Of a stretch of 64,000 nt of DNA, positions 51,301 to 64,000 are shown piece after piece. Within the stretch, counting starts at the first letter, position 1; each line of letters begins with the position of its first letter. The DNA is from Camelus ferus (taxonomy: Eukaryota), in the NCBI RefSeq assembly GCF_009834535.1, contig NC_045696.1, positions 77,254,001 through 77,318,000 of the forward strand. Direction: 5' to 3'. The position numbers and the translations under genes were made by a program. The notes beneath the pieces are model-generated. The model did no database searches. It saw only the letters and a list, made by a program, of their open reading frames with translations, and was not told the origin of the DNA.

Positions 51301-53104
51301 AGAAAGTTTGAAGAGATTTAAAAACTATGATACAACTATCTTCTTTGCGTTTATCAGTAGGTGATGGTTTCCATTACTTTCCAAATATGGGTACCTCTTA
51401 TGAAGTTTTCCTTTGCGTCTCTTTCTTTACCTCTTCAATGGCCTCTCCATTCAGTCTTACTCTTTCTCACGGCTTTTCTCATTTAAGTAAGACCCTCTCT
51501 TCCATCACGGCTAGTCTAACACTTGTCTCCCTATTCTTTCCTGCCAGTCTCAGTTTTTGTTTGGTTTTGCTTTGCTGTGTGTACATTTAATTTGATGAAT
51601 TTTTTCCCCCATTGACTTCATTGTCTTGTTTAGTTTCCTGGAAGAAAAGCAGGTAAAGTCATCACTTTGGATGACTCAGGCTTCTAAAATTTAGAGGCAA
51701 AGTCTGATTCTTATTTGGCATCATCCTTTAACCTCTTTCTTTCATTATGAGCAACTGGAAATTGTCTGGTATTCCTCTCTGCCATTCATCGTTGAAACTC
51801 ATCTCTTACTGTGTTTACAAAATAATTTTAAATTATCAACTGGTAAGTAAGTCTAATCTGAATTGTAGTTACTCACACAAAGCACTGGAATCTAGAGCTC
51901 TTGGAGAGAAAGGCAGAAGTGGGTTTCATTAGGGTAGACTGACTTCCTTTTACCCTCTGTGTCTGCCTGTCAGTAGCTAGACCAGGATTTAAATTTTGTC
52001 TCTCGAAGTGAGAAATATGTTTCATCAAATTATTTATATCAACATTACCTAAAAGGTTATTTATGATATATAAAGATTATGATTTTCTAACAAATGAGAC
52101 CTCTCTGAAATAAGCATGCAACCTATGAAATATACATGTATCATTCTGTTTTTAGAACTTGTGAAATATATTAAATATATTTTTGCGTATGTATATTTAA
52201 CATACACATATAATATATATGTGTTATGTGTGATTTTCTAAAATAAAAATCTTTGTACACACATGCTACTCAAGAAAAAGAAAATTACCGATAGCCTTGA
52301 GATCCATTGTGTACCTTACAGACTCACATCCTCTATTCTCAGAGATAACCATTATCCTAAATATTGCTTTTTTAAAAATATTTATTTGCAAGTAAGTCTA
52401 TTATGAGCATTCTTGTCCACATTTTCGGATGAATACATGTAAGAGATTCTGTAGGGAACATACCTAGGAGTGAAAATCCTGGATTTTAAAGTATGCAATT
52501 TTTATATTTAATAGATAATGCAAGATTCTTTTCCAAAGTGCTTTTAAAAATCTATACTGTTGCCAGCAATGTACAGGAATTCTTTTTCTGCACATCTCTG
52601 GTTTGCACTTGGTATTGTCTTATAAATTTTTTTTTGTTAAATTAGCGTTTTACTAAGTACTAATAATGAAATATCTTTTCCTATGATTGCTGGCATTTGC
52701 TTCAGTGAAGCAGGTGGACTTCTTTACTTCAGCTAGGAGAAAATTCTGAGTTTTAAGGCAGACAGTGATGGAGGTGGTAGCCCAGGAGGCCTCTACGACA
52801 GTTAGTAAGACAACGTGCTCGTGTAGGCGCTGTGTTCCCGGGGCTCCTCCTCCCGCCCCATAGCATAATTTTGAATGTACTATAATTTTTATTTTATGAG
52901 CAGACTTTCTTGGGCTTTTCTTGGGGTGTGATGTGGTATAGCCTTGTTTTAATTAGCTGATTTTCTTTTATATTGGAGAAAATGGAAGCTCACAAGAATT
53001 GCAGTTTCCTCAAGATCATGCAACAACTATATGGGAGAACTGAGACATAAATCTAAATCTGACTCACAGTCTAGAACTTTTTTCATCTATACCTTTAATA
53101 AACA

Positions 53105-54017
53105 TATAATATATAAACCTGGTTATGTCACTTTCTTGCTTAAATCCTCTGGTTGATTCTCATTACACAAACAGAACCAACCTCCAGACATGGCTTGCAA
53201 GGATATACAAGACCTGGACACTGCTTTTCTCATGAGTTCTCCTTATTCTGGACTCCCCTTCACGTGCCGGTTTTTAAAAGTTGCCTTATTCCTCTTCCTT
53301 CAGTACACACAGTTCACCTACTAGCAGGTCTTGTCAAGAACTGTGAAGGCTCTGAGATTTCCCTTACTCACAACTGCACAAGATTACTGTGCCACCGTTT
53401 CACAGATATTGGCGGAAGATAAGAGATTCTTGACTTTGACTTAAAGGATTTACTTACTCTCAGTAATAAAAGTTACCAGAGTATCAGCATTTGCACTGAG
53501 TCCCTGAGTTACAATAACCAGGGCTCAATGAAATGAAATACAGGTGACACTTGACCGTGCGGTCATTTACCTTCCTGAAGAGTAACCTTGAGCTTCGCAA
53601 ACCCGCATCTTTATACTGAACAGCAAGCCTTCTGGATCTTTGCTCTTGAGGGTGGCATTGTCTGTATTATACTGAATGCAGAACAAACCTGCCCCTAGCT
53701 CTGGAGAGAGACACAATCTCTATCTTCTAATGTTTGCTAGAAAAGGTGGTGTGAAACAAAGACAGTACCTCCTATCACGTGACATGCAGAAATGATTCAA
53801 TTGAATTTCCTTTAATTGTCCTTAAAGTACTTGTAATATCTGAAATGTCCTTACCTTATTTCTTTTTGAGTATCTCTTGCCAACACTCCCATCCCCCGAA
53901 CAAGGTTTAAGCTTCATGAAAATAGAAATGATCTACAAAATTGTCTTCAGTATTTCTGGAGCCTGTAGCATGTGATGTGTAGATGTTTAATAAACATTTG
54001 ATGAATAAATGAGTGAA
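53105..54017 (+). mobile_element. L2 LINE 3' part, split by an LTR
   Basis: ttatgtcactttcttgcttaaatcctct...; 3' end gcctgtagcatgtgatgtgtagatgtttaataaacatttgatgaataaatgagtgaa. Confidence 0.7.
53332..53826 (-). mobile_element. ERV1 solo LTR, MER110/MER90-like
   Basis: tgtcaagaactgtgaaggctctgagatttcccttact...ggcggaagataagagattc...aaaggatttacttactc. Confidence 0.7.
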
Positions 54018-54504
54018 CCAGACACCACTGCCCTGCCTAGAACAAGTTTTATCATAGGATTCTGTGATGGCTTCTTGGCTTTCAGAGATAAGAGATAAGT
54101 CTTTTTTTTTTTTTTTTTTTTTTTTTGGCTTTTATTTCTAGTCTTTTGTATGAAAAATGAGAATATTTTATTCTTTCGTTTTTTTTTTTTTTGAGGATTC
54201 AACGATGTATATATTGTGTGTTGTACTGTCCTCATATTAGAGAAGCTAATACAGCATATACATTATTGTTAAAATAGGCAAATAATTCCTCATCTAGATG
54301 CATATAGTAAAACAAATTTAACATTGTGGTAGGCTCCTCTGCATGCAATGCTGATTTTCAGGCACTTGTAGATGAAATTTAATACTGAATTCTGTAACTC
54401 AGTATTATGAGTTAACTCAGAGCCTGTGAGCCAATCAATATTGTGAACTGAAAAAGTACACTGTGTGAAAAATTCTTTATCTCATCCTTTTTCAGGAAAG
54501 TAAC

Positions 54505-54730
54505 TAATTTTTATTGAGTGTCTGCAATGTGCAATGAATTGTTCTATTTTATTTAACTTCGCCCTGTGAGATAGGTATTGCCTTCATTACTAACAGTACT
54601 ATTATTACTGCTACTGCTTCTATTAGTAGTATTCAAATAACATTTTAAAAATGAGGCAGCAAATGCTTAGAGAAGATATTAACTTGACCAAATCACAAAG
54701 CTAGATGTGGAAGAGCCAGGATTATATTTT
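54505..54730 (-). mobile_element. MIR SINE with a low-complexity insert
   Basis: tttattgagtgtctgcaatgtgc...ccctgtgagataggtatt...aacttgaccaaatcacaaagctag. Confidence 0.7.
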
Positions 54731-55870
54731 CAGTACATTATCCATTTTAGGATTGGGAAATTTCATTTTACTTTGAACCCTGACCCAGCTGGATCTGGAT
54801 GCACACTTGGATGCTGTTGATATTCACATTCTGTAAGCAACTTTCTTAATCCTCTCTTACAGGCCAACTCTGTAATAATTGAGTAGGTAGAATCTTATGT
54901 GCATCTATTTTTGCACAATTGGATCCTACTTATATAGTGTTTGAAACTTACATTTTTTCCTACATGGAAATAATTTGGAACTTTTTCTCACGTTATTAGA
55001 TAGTGTTATTATTATAATGGCTGCATCATATTACATCATGAGGATGTAAGACAATTCAGTTGATATGATTGTTTCTGATTTTGGTCTGTTATATTATACA
55101 ATTACATGTGTAAAAATATTGGTCACTTAAAATTGTATAAAAGCTACAAAAGTTTTAGGTTTTTGATGCATAGTTCCAAAGTCTGCTCTAGGAATTTTGT
55201 ACCAGTTTATCTCGCTGTGAGTAATATTTAAGAGGGTTGTTTTCATATGTTAGCAGAAACTAGGTAGCATTAGTTAAAAAGGAAAATTTTTCAGTTAGAA
55301 AAAGAAAGTCTATTTGTTGTGATTAGTATTTATTTTATTACTCTATTGATTTGAGTGATAGAAATGTTCTATATCTCAACTGTGGTCCCGGTAACATTAG
55401 TCAAAGCTCATCCATGTACACATGAAAGGGTGAACGTTATGGTATGTAAGCTATAGCTCTCTAGATTGAGCTAAAATTAGGCACAGAGTTTCATATCTCA
55501 CTCAGGCTAGGTATTTGTAAAGAGTCAGCTGGAAGATTTACTCCAGGTAGGCCTCGTCCTGCGACCTGCATTAGAGGGGAGGCCACTGTCTCAAATATTG
55601 CAAAGAGAAAGTGGATACAGTGAAAGTTCTAAAGCTTTCATGTGTTACTTTCATTCACATTTCATTCAGCCAGGGCAATCATGTGGTTACTCATAATTTC
55701 AAGGAAATTGGAAAGTGCATTTCTTCTCAGAAGGAACACCAGAATACTTTTAACAGATCTAATAATCACTGTATTTTTTGATCTCCTTCAATAGGATAAT
55801 AAACATCTTTCTTCACCAAAGGTTATAAGCTGACCTTGTCTTACCTGAAAGTTAAAAAACATTGACTTTT

Positions 55871-56701
55871 AATGAGGTATCACCTCACACCAGTCAGAAT
55901 GGCCGTCATTCAAAAATCCACAAATGACAAATGCTGGAGAGGCTGTGGAGAAAGGGGAACCCTCCTACACTGCTGGTGGGAATGCAGTTTGGTGCAGCCA
56001 CTATGGAAAACAGTGTGGAGATTCCTCAAAAGACTAGGAATAGACTTACCATATGACCCAGGAATCCCACTCCTGGGCTTGTATCCAGAAGGAAATCTAC
56101 TTCAGGATGACACCTGCACCCCAATGTTCATAGCAGCACTATTTACAATAGCCAAAACGTGGAAACAGCCTAAATGTCCATCAACAGGTGACTGGATAAA
56201 GAAGTGGTGGTATATTTATACAATGGAATACTACTCAGCCATAAAAACCGATAACATAATGCCATTTGCAGCAACATGGATGCTCCTGGAGAATGTCATT
56301 CTAAGTGAAGTAAGCCAGAAAGAGAAAGAAAAATACCATATGAGATCGCTCATATGTGGAATCTAAAAAAACAAAAACAAAAACAAACAAACAAACAAAA
56401 ACAAAGCGTAAATACAGGACAGAAATAGACTCACAGACAGAGAATACAGACTTGTGGTTACCAGGGGGGTGGAGGGTGGGAAGGGATAGCCTGGGATTTC
56501 AAAATTGTAGAATAGACTACACTGTATAGCACAGGGAAATATACACAAAATGTTATGATAACTCACAGAGAAAAAAATGTGACAATGAGTGTGTATATGT
56601 CCATGAATAACTGAAAAATTGTGCTGAACACTGGAATTTGACACAACATTGTAAAATGATTATAAATCAATAAAAAATGTTAAAAAAAAAAAAACACCAA
56701 A
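55871..56701 (+). mobile_element. Young 5'-truncated L1 (ORF2 C-terminus, 3' UTR, polyA) with 17-bp TSD
   Basis: Uninterrupted 164-aa ORF2 tail; AATAAA at 56669-56674; TSD aaaaaacattgactttt (55854-55870) / aaaaaaaattgactttt (56702-56718) at a TT/AAAA endonuclease site. Confidence 0.97.
55872..56366 (+). pseudogene. L1 ORF2 C-terminal fragment with CCHC zinc knuckle
   Basis: [11 protein letters not shown]...[18 protein letters not shown]...[10 protein letters not shown]. Confidence 0.96.
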
Positions 56702-56809
56702 AAAAAAAATTGACTTTTGAGTTTCACGCTTACACGTGGTGCTCTGTGGGTTGTCAGTGCAGTTCTTTTGAGAATTAGTTTTCCTAATGATCTTTGGTGT
56801 CCCTGACGT

Positions 56810-56925
56810 AGCTTACAATCAAGGCGCTAGAGGATTTTTTTTTTTTAGTATGGCTATATCCTCAGTATTTGGGACAGTGACCAGCATATTATCAGCCACC
56901 CAAACAATATTTGTTGAATGAGTAG
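56810..56925 (+). mobile_element. L2 3' end
   Basis: gctatatcctcagtatttgggacagtgacc...caatatttgttgaatga. Confidence 0.6.
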
Positions 56926-57401
56926 TCTGAGTATTTCTAGTGAGTAGGATACTTTTAGGAAATAATTAAATACTTCCTGAATTAGTCAGGGAGAAATGGT
57001 ACCACAGACTGTGAGTTCCATCATAAATCAAACTAAGAAACTAGAAGAACGCTACAAACAGAAAGAGTAACACAAAATGGAAAATAGATTAATTTTTTCA
57101 TGAGGATTTGTTTCTAGTTTCCTATGGCAGGACAGAACAGGAAATGTAGAAATGGCTGCTTGTGGTCATGTTAAAGGTGGCTTATATTTATTACTTATTT
57201 GAAAGGGAATCTGAGGTCTTGGAGATGATTATACACAGTTATGGCTTTATCGCAGCCAAGTTAGTGTTTCAAATTGTGTATATTTAAAACCTGGACGATT
57301 CCAGTTCCAGATTACAGCACAGGACTAAGCCACTTTGTAAACCTCACACATTAGATATTCTTGGAATCTCCAGCTGAGGGATGAATGGCATACGTACTCA
57401 C

Positions 57402-57473
57402 TCTTGCACGACTTGAAATCTTTAAGATGAGGTCCTGGCTACGAAGCACAGAATCCTTCTGGTATTTTATATT
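57402..57473 (-). other. Candidate 72-nt exon (NIKYQKDSVLRSQDLILKISSRAR)
   Basis: Strong donor AGA|gtgagt, weak acceptor ttgacag; phase 0-0 open frame; two CGT codons retained in CpG-poor DNA. Confidence 0.2.
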
Positions 57474-59249
57474 CTGTCAATTGGCTGAAGGTCTCGTTTT
57501 AAAGCAGAATTTGTTTATTTTTTAATGAAATTATATTACCTACAACTAAATCTTAAAGGTGCAACTAAAGTATGATATATTCCCCATAAGAGATCAGTTT
57601 TCCTATGTCACAAAGCCACCATTAAACATTCAGATTTATTTTCTTCAAGTAAATTGGTTATGAGAAAAAAAGATGGTTTAATGTTCAAGATTCTCACTTA
57701 GTGAATTGTGAAGTGAGTTCCCTGAAGAATTTACTATTTTATTTTTCATAGGTCAGCTATCATATTTTAACATCAATGATATCTCCATTCATTTTTGTAA
57801 TATAATTTTGTATATAATAAGACTATATCCTAGCAAAAGCATTAACATTCACAGCCTGCAGAAAATAATAATACAATGTTAAGAATCAAAGGCAAGACCT
57901 TATGCCTTGAACAAATCATCCAGATAAAACCTAGGCTATTTTAGTCAAGATAATAAATAACCCAGTGCCTTCATTAACCTTTATTCTTTTTTATTAGCAG
58001 TCTTGGTACCATGGCTCTAAGCTGAGCCCAGCAGGCTGCCCACGAAGTGACATTTTAGAGACTGGCAAAGCAATGCACCTTGTGTCAAAGTACACTACCT
58101 TGAGTTTTTGTCCTTCACAGCAGGAGAAAGCCTCTCCGAATCCTCTTGTCCTTTTGAAAACAGACTTGAGCGCATGTACATATAGATACGTGAATGTAAG
58201 AATTTTTTTGCCAATATGAAAAACAAATTAGTCACTTTTTTATTCAAGATAGACAACCAGGTCTTTGAGGTGGTTGGAAAAGTATCTTAAACCAAATTCA
58301 ACCCAAGGAAGAACTGACAATGAACACAACTGTTTGAGACTTCCTTAAAGAGTGCATTTCATTTCATGAAGATGCAATAGGTATTTCAATAGAACTTTTT
58401 CTGGTACTTCATTTGCTCTAATAATGTAAATGATTACTTGCAGAAAGTAGATGGGCTCGATGTGGTAGTTCCAAAAACAAATACATGGAGTACTATGCAG
58501 TACTTGGAAGTGGCAAAGATAAGCCTATAGCAACATGCCCGATCTTAATAACATACAGCTGAATTTAAGAAAGGATGAGAGATTTACACATGTAACAAAA
58601 CAGCATCCATGCTTAACTAAAAAAAAAAAATCCATTCAAGATAACAATACACATGTTTCAGAAAGGCATAGAACAAAGCAATATATAATACACCCTTTAG
58701 AATTGTTGCCCAGGCTGAGAGGCAGATAAAAGGCGGGGGATAGATGGATAGATAGACAGACGAAACAAGAGAAGGCTCTGTGTGGACTAGTGATGGGTAT
58801 GGGGCATAAGGCAAAAATTATAATGAACTCAGACATCTTCTTGTGAGGTCCAAAAAAATTCCAGTATGAATTGAGTCTGAAAAGTATTTGAAACACTCTT
58901 CCTTTCTTTCATCTTCTTAAAAAAAAGAGAGAGATGTATTAATCAATAAAGAAACCACTTCAAATAGGAAAGATTATAAAATAAGAAAATATTATTTCTG
59001 AGGTCATCTCTTTGAGTTTTTTCTTCACTTCTATGACTTTAGGGTCAAAAACATGAGTCTGCTTCTCATGCCAGATGCCGTAATTCAGTAAATTCTTTAC
59101 TTTAGGGTTATAAGACATAATTTATAACCTTCTCAGGAATAATTGGGACAGAAGAACAAGGGAAACAAGAGAAGAAATTAATCACATTTATGTAGTAACT
59201 AATGCATACTATTCATTATATATTTGAATTATATATGTGTATATATATA

Positions 59250-59530
59250 AATTCATTTTGCATATGTTTTTGAAGGCTTTTTTCTATACCAGAGATTTGC
59301 TCTGGGAATATTATAGTGGACAATACAAACTCTATGTCTTCTTGGAGTTTTACTTCTTTGAGGAGACCAGCAACATACAAACAAATCTATAGCATCAGGT
59401 AGTTGTAAGTGCTGGGAACAAAACTGTAAACCAAGGGAAGTGATAACTAGTAACAGAGAAGCCATCTTTATAGAGAGATAAAGGAGGGACTCTGAGAAGG
59501 TGGCATGTGAGCAGCGCTCTGAATAACACA
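59250..59530 (-). mobile_element. L2 fragment
   Basis: attcattttgcatatgtttttgaagg...cttggagttttac...ctctgagaaggtggcatgtgagcag. Confidence 0.65.
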
Positions 59531-61831
59531 AGATTCCTAAGGTCATTCAGTAATTAATGGAATTGAAATGCTAACTTGTCTCTTTACTATAAAAACCATG
59601 AGGTAAGGTTGGGTTTCCTGATGATAAACTTAGGTATACAAATGATTGTTTTTCTCTAATTCAACATCAATTCTATTTCGAGCTGACACTTGACATGACA
59701 GCTGCAAATGACTTAATAGATCTCAGGATAACAATTACTTACTTAATTATGAGTTAAAATAAGTCAATTCAGTCTTGTAGTCACGCTAACATCCTTTCCT
59801 TCTCCATAGGATTCATCTAAGCAATGATGGTGGTAAAGTGGGAGTGAAGGTAGTTATATAGCATCATAGTTCCCATGGTTAAATAAAAATATATGGTGTA
59901 CAGCGTAATGCTTCAAACTGACTATACTTCACTAAATATTTATATATGCACACACAAAATAATTAATTAAATAAATAAATTAAAAAATATATATATAGCC
60001 CACAGCTGCTCCATGCTGGCACCCCCCAAAGTGTGTAAATCCGCTGGGGCCATTGCACTGTCATCCCTCCACAAGGGCCTTCTCTGTTTGGCCTTCCTAC
60101 GTGGTCTCTGACCATGTTGCCCAAGTGCCTTCTGCCACCTTGTCCCCTTGTCAGGGGCATAGAACTCTCTCAGGGCCGTTTTCTCACTCGGTCTTATCTG
60201 ATGACCTCCCAGGCACAGGAACTGTTAGACTGGGATTCAAGGCTGTCCCTCAGGGCCAGTTCAGCCCTTGGCACTGGAACGTCCATCTCTCCTCTGTGTT
60301 CCTCTGCTGTGGGGTGAGGAGGATTCCTTTAAGTGTTTTCCTTCTCATGATTCCTGGTTGGAAAGGGGCAGTGTCTCTTCTAATCTTGTATCTGGACGTG
60401 TTTCAGGGGATTCTATCATCATTCCTCTTCCCTCGAAGTTAATAGGAGGGCAGGATCTGCCTCTTACCCTATATCCAACCAGTGTGTGGCCATTTTTCTT
60501 CCACTTCACGTTTCCTTCCCCTGCTTGGAAAATCTTTAGTCATAGGGCACAGAGAGAAGTGCTTTAGTAAATAATCTATCTGTCATGTTTTATTATTAGT
60601 TTTAACTTGGAAGCTGAGAAATTATGTCTTTTTTTTTTGTGGCAATGCTCCCTTGAAACAGAGCTCTTTAGGGCTGAGGTAAAGAACCTGTGAAACAACT
60701 GATGCTTGGAAAGGGGATAAGCAATTAAATATTTCACAGAGTTTGCAGGGTGCAGGTTAAAGAGCCTCAAACCCTCTGGTCACAAAACATACAAAATTCC
60801 AGTGAAAATATATAAAATATTATCTAATGAATGTCTGCTCTTACAAAAAAAAGAAAAAATCTGTGAAGCCAGAAAGAAAGCAGGACAACATTAGAGGCTA
60901 AGCGAGTACTGCAGAAGGATGCGAATAGTAATGGAGGCAGGGGACTGCTGACCAAGTCTTAGGCCTATACGGTGGGGACACAGTTTAGCAGCCCCTCCAC
61001 CTAAAGCTGGGACTAAAAAAAAGGGTGAGCTGGCACAAACTCACTAAGCCCATATTAAGGTAATATTGTTTTTTTTCTAAGTCTTGGTTCAGTTGGGGAT
61101 TCAAACATAATGAATAAAAATGCTTATGTGTCTTTGGGTCTGTACCATGTGCATTGTCTAAATAACTGGACCCACAGAACTATGAAGGTAATCGCATTAG
61201 TAATTTCCCTCCGTATCTGGCTAAAATAAATGTGAACCTCTGATGAAGCATCCATATACCCTGAAGGATGGTATGAGATGAAAAAAATGTGGTGAATAAG
61301 GAAAGAAGTAAATATGAGTAAATTTAATAGAAAAGTTGACTGTATAATAATCTATAAAGTGAATATAGAATAATATTCTGAATAATCTATAAAGTGTAGA
61401 GATTTTTAAAAGGTTACAATTTAAAGGCATGATAAATAATAGCATGTGAGCTGGGAGAGGTTAGAGTTTAGGATCTTTAAGTTGTTTAGATAAAGGATAA
61501 AGAATCTGCTCACATTTAATTTTTTAAGTTAGGCATGCATGTTAAAATTTCAAGGTTAATGATACATACACACAAATAGAATTATTTTTCTAATTATTGA
61601 AAAAATTATTTTGCAGAGAGAATAAAAATAGATAAAAACAATTTTATATTAACACAAATAAAATGTGGAGTATAGGAAAAAGGAAAAATTGGGGGGGAAA
61701 AATTCAAGTAACACTAACCTCAAGAAAGCTGGTGCAACCATCTCCGCTCAGGATACCTCTTCTCATAGTGGTGGCTGACTGCTACAGTCGTGGGAGATTG
61801 AGTGATTTCACAACAGTGGGCATCAATGAGG

Positions 61832-61846
61832 GGCAGCAGGTGGCAA
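61832..61846 (+). promoter_or_regulatory. CTCF-like motif
   Basis: ggCAGCAGGTGGCAa matches the core CCASYAGRKGGCR except at the first C. Confidence 0.3.
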
Positions 61847-62738
61847 GACACAATGGGGACTGTTTTTAAGCTCATGTGAAATGCCTTAGGGACATTCACA
61901 GATACTCATGTCTCAGAGTGGGGAGAGTTTTTTTTGTGTGAATTAGAGAATTATAATATGCATGTAACCTAAGGACAAATAATGTCATATTAACTATAAT
62001 TAACATTTTGTGACTTGTACCAGCAGGGAGGTGAGATCTGGGGAAATATGAATTGTGCTTTGTTACTTTTGATTACAGCTTCCCAAGAGATCCTGTGTAT
62101 CACTGATGGGCAATTATCAATCTATCAAAAGCAAATTATCTCAGGAAATGAGTAGCCCTGACTAATACTAGATACTGGTTAAGTATCCAAACTGAAATCT
62201 GTTTTGGAATCAAACTACGAGGGAGGCTACTGATCCCTCTTAAATATGAAATTAATTACATCTAAACTAGAAGAAATTATAAAGTATCCACGATGGTAAT
62301 AAAAATATCAGGTTTAACTTATTGGACATACATTAGGTGCCAAGTTTTAATTGGGGTGTTGTTTGTTTTTTTTAAACATACTCCTTTTTAATCTTAACAT
62401 TTACCATTATGATGATTGTATTATCAGTGCTTTTGTCTAAGAAAATTAAAATTCAGTGAAATTATGTAAGTTTTTAAGGTGCACAGGGGAACTTAATGTT
62501 ATACTTGTGACTGTGTTGAAAAGAAAGGATTTAAAAGGTTGAAAATAAATTACCAAAAGAAAACCTGGGGGGAAAAAAACATTACCAGGTAAGAAGGAAA
62601 TAATAGAAGAACTAAAAATCATTGTGAATTAGTGATACCATTTTAAGAATGCAGAAATTAAGGGAAAAAATGAACACAAACATTTGCACACTTACTGATG
62701 GAATATAATTGTATATTTTGTGATTTAAGACCATTGAT

Positions 62739-62778
62739 ATGCAAATCATAGCCACTTTGGATGCAAATCATAGCCACT
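62739..62778. repeat. 18-bp direct repeat, each copy starting with the octamer ATGCAAAT
   Basis: atgcaaatcatagccact at 62739-62756 and 62761-62778. Confidence 0.9.
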
Positions 62779-63071
62779 AGCTACGTTCTTAAAGTAAGAT
62801 GGTTTACTTTAATAAAAATTAATTTGTGTTTCAATTCCATGGGTCTTCAAATAGGTAAGCAATGCTATATGTCTACTTCACCTCTTGCTCATAATATGAT
62901 TTTTAAATAGGCGTAAATAACATTCATTTCTTCAAATCAGCCAGAGCAGTAATCTTGCCTCTAGCATTAATTAATTGGTAGCTTGTAAAGTTGAGAGGCA
63001 CAATTTCATTTATGTAAATATTCTGTTTCAGTTACTCTAAGTTATAGACGAGTTGTGAGCAGCGTACTTAC

Positions 63072-63132
63072 GAGAAGAAATCAAGATGCACTTTAATTAG
63101 TACATTCAGGTGTAGGTAGGCATAAAAATAAC
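63072..63132 (-). other. Candidate 61-nt exon (YFYAYLHLNVLIKVHLDFF)
   Basis: gcctttcag|G...CTC|gtaagt on the minus strand; one open frame. Confidence 0.22.
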
Positions 63133-63389
63133 CTGAAAGGCATTTTGTATTTCGTATACTGTTTGAATTCATAATGTATTTTTGAGATGTTACTGCTACT
63201 GAGTCAATGTTCACTAAGACTTTATTGTTCATAATCACTAATTCTATTCTGAAGTCTTAAAAATATCATTGAATCCCTTATTTTGTGTGTATGTATTTTG
63301 CCTGGCCCACTGTGAGTGTGTTCTGGGTTCCTTAGGGTAACATATAAACTTGTGGTGTCAAGCGTGGATTTCTATCAAACACATGATAC

Positions 63390-63630
63390 TAGTAATAATA
63401 TCTGACATTTATTGAGTGCTTACTATGACCTGGGCTTTTATCTTAAAGTACTTTATATGAATTAACTTTTTAAATCTTAAACACAATGAGGTGAAGTATT
63501 TAATACTACAATTACTCTCATTTAACAGGTCAGAAAACTGAGGCTAGTAGATGTTAAAGTAATTATCCAGGTCACATAACCTGTGAGCCCGATTTGGATG
63601 TTTGGATCCAGAACACAAGCCATTAAATAC
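63390..63630 (-). mobile_element. MIR SINE, well preserved
   Basis: acatttattgagtgcttactatg...cagaaaactgaggctag...ccaggtcaca...gatccagaac. Confidence 0.85.
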
Positions 63631-63749
63631 TTCAGTGATATTAATTATGGTGAGAATTACAATAGCAGTAGCACCCACCACTTACGAGACAAGCACTGTG
63701 CTAGATGTGCTATATGGATTACCATCTCTTCATTAATTTACCAGGTCTC

Positions 63750-64000
63750 TTTATCTAAAGCCAGTTGACCATAGATGTGTGTGTCTATTTATGACTTTGT
63801 CATTTTTACTATTATACATGTTAATTTTTATACCTGTATCACACTTTAATACATACAGCAATTTTAGAGTAAGATTTGAAGTCAGGTAGTAACTCCCACA
63901 TTTCACCTTTTTTTTTTTTTTTTCAGATTTATTTTGTCGATTCTGGATTTTTTGCATTTCCATATAAGTTTACAAATCGGCTTTTTAATTTTTGAAATAA
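63750..64000 (-). mobile_element. Ancient L1 ORF2 fragment running off the window end
   Basis: tttttgcatttccatataagtttacaaatcggc and ttatacctgtatcacac. Confidence 0.7.

Noticed and set aside
54102..54192. T25 and T14 runs as processed-pseudogene tails
   Set aside because: No adjacent mRNA-like body or TSD identified.
61346..61396. 16-bp direct repeat aataatctataaagtg (and other short repeats) as a CRISPR-like array
   Set aside because: Only two copies, eukaryotic context and no cas genes; ordinary local duplication.

Overview
AT-rich, CpG-depleted mammalian genomic DNA with intergenic or deep-intronic character. It is most likely from a camelid, inferred from three copies of a tRNA-Ala-like SINE of the camelid vic-1 type and a young L1 3' end. 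Much of the window is interspersed repeats of several ages: MIR, L2, ancient L1M, MaLR/ERVL/ERV1 solo LTRs, hAT-Charlie relics, intermediate and young L1, and SINEs with target-site duplications (TSDs). The only ORFs I can identify with confidence are L1 ORF2 fragments. A few minus-strand exon-like segments (63072-63132, 57402-57473, 38801-38857, terminal 31778-32038) may be the 3' end of an unidentified gene or lncRNA, but this is unproven. The most striking local structures are a perfect 31-bp-arm fold-back inside an L1, an L1 that jumps from the ORF1 end to the ORF2 tail (half-L1-like), a G-U-supported hairpin at 9742-9779 and a duplicated octamer motif. I saw no prokaryotic features, CRISPR arrays, rRNA or true tRNA genes, and no convincing evidence of a new biological system. 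Repeat family names come from recalled consensus resemblance, not a database search, and old-repeat boundaries are approximate.
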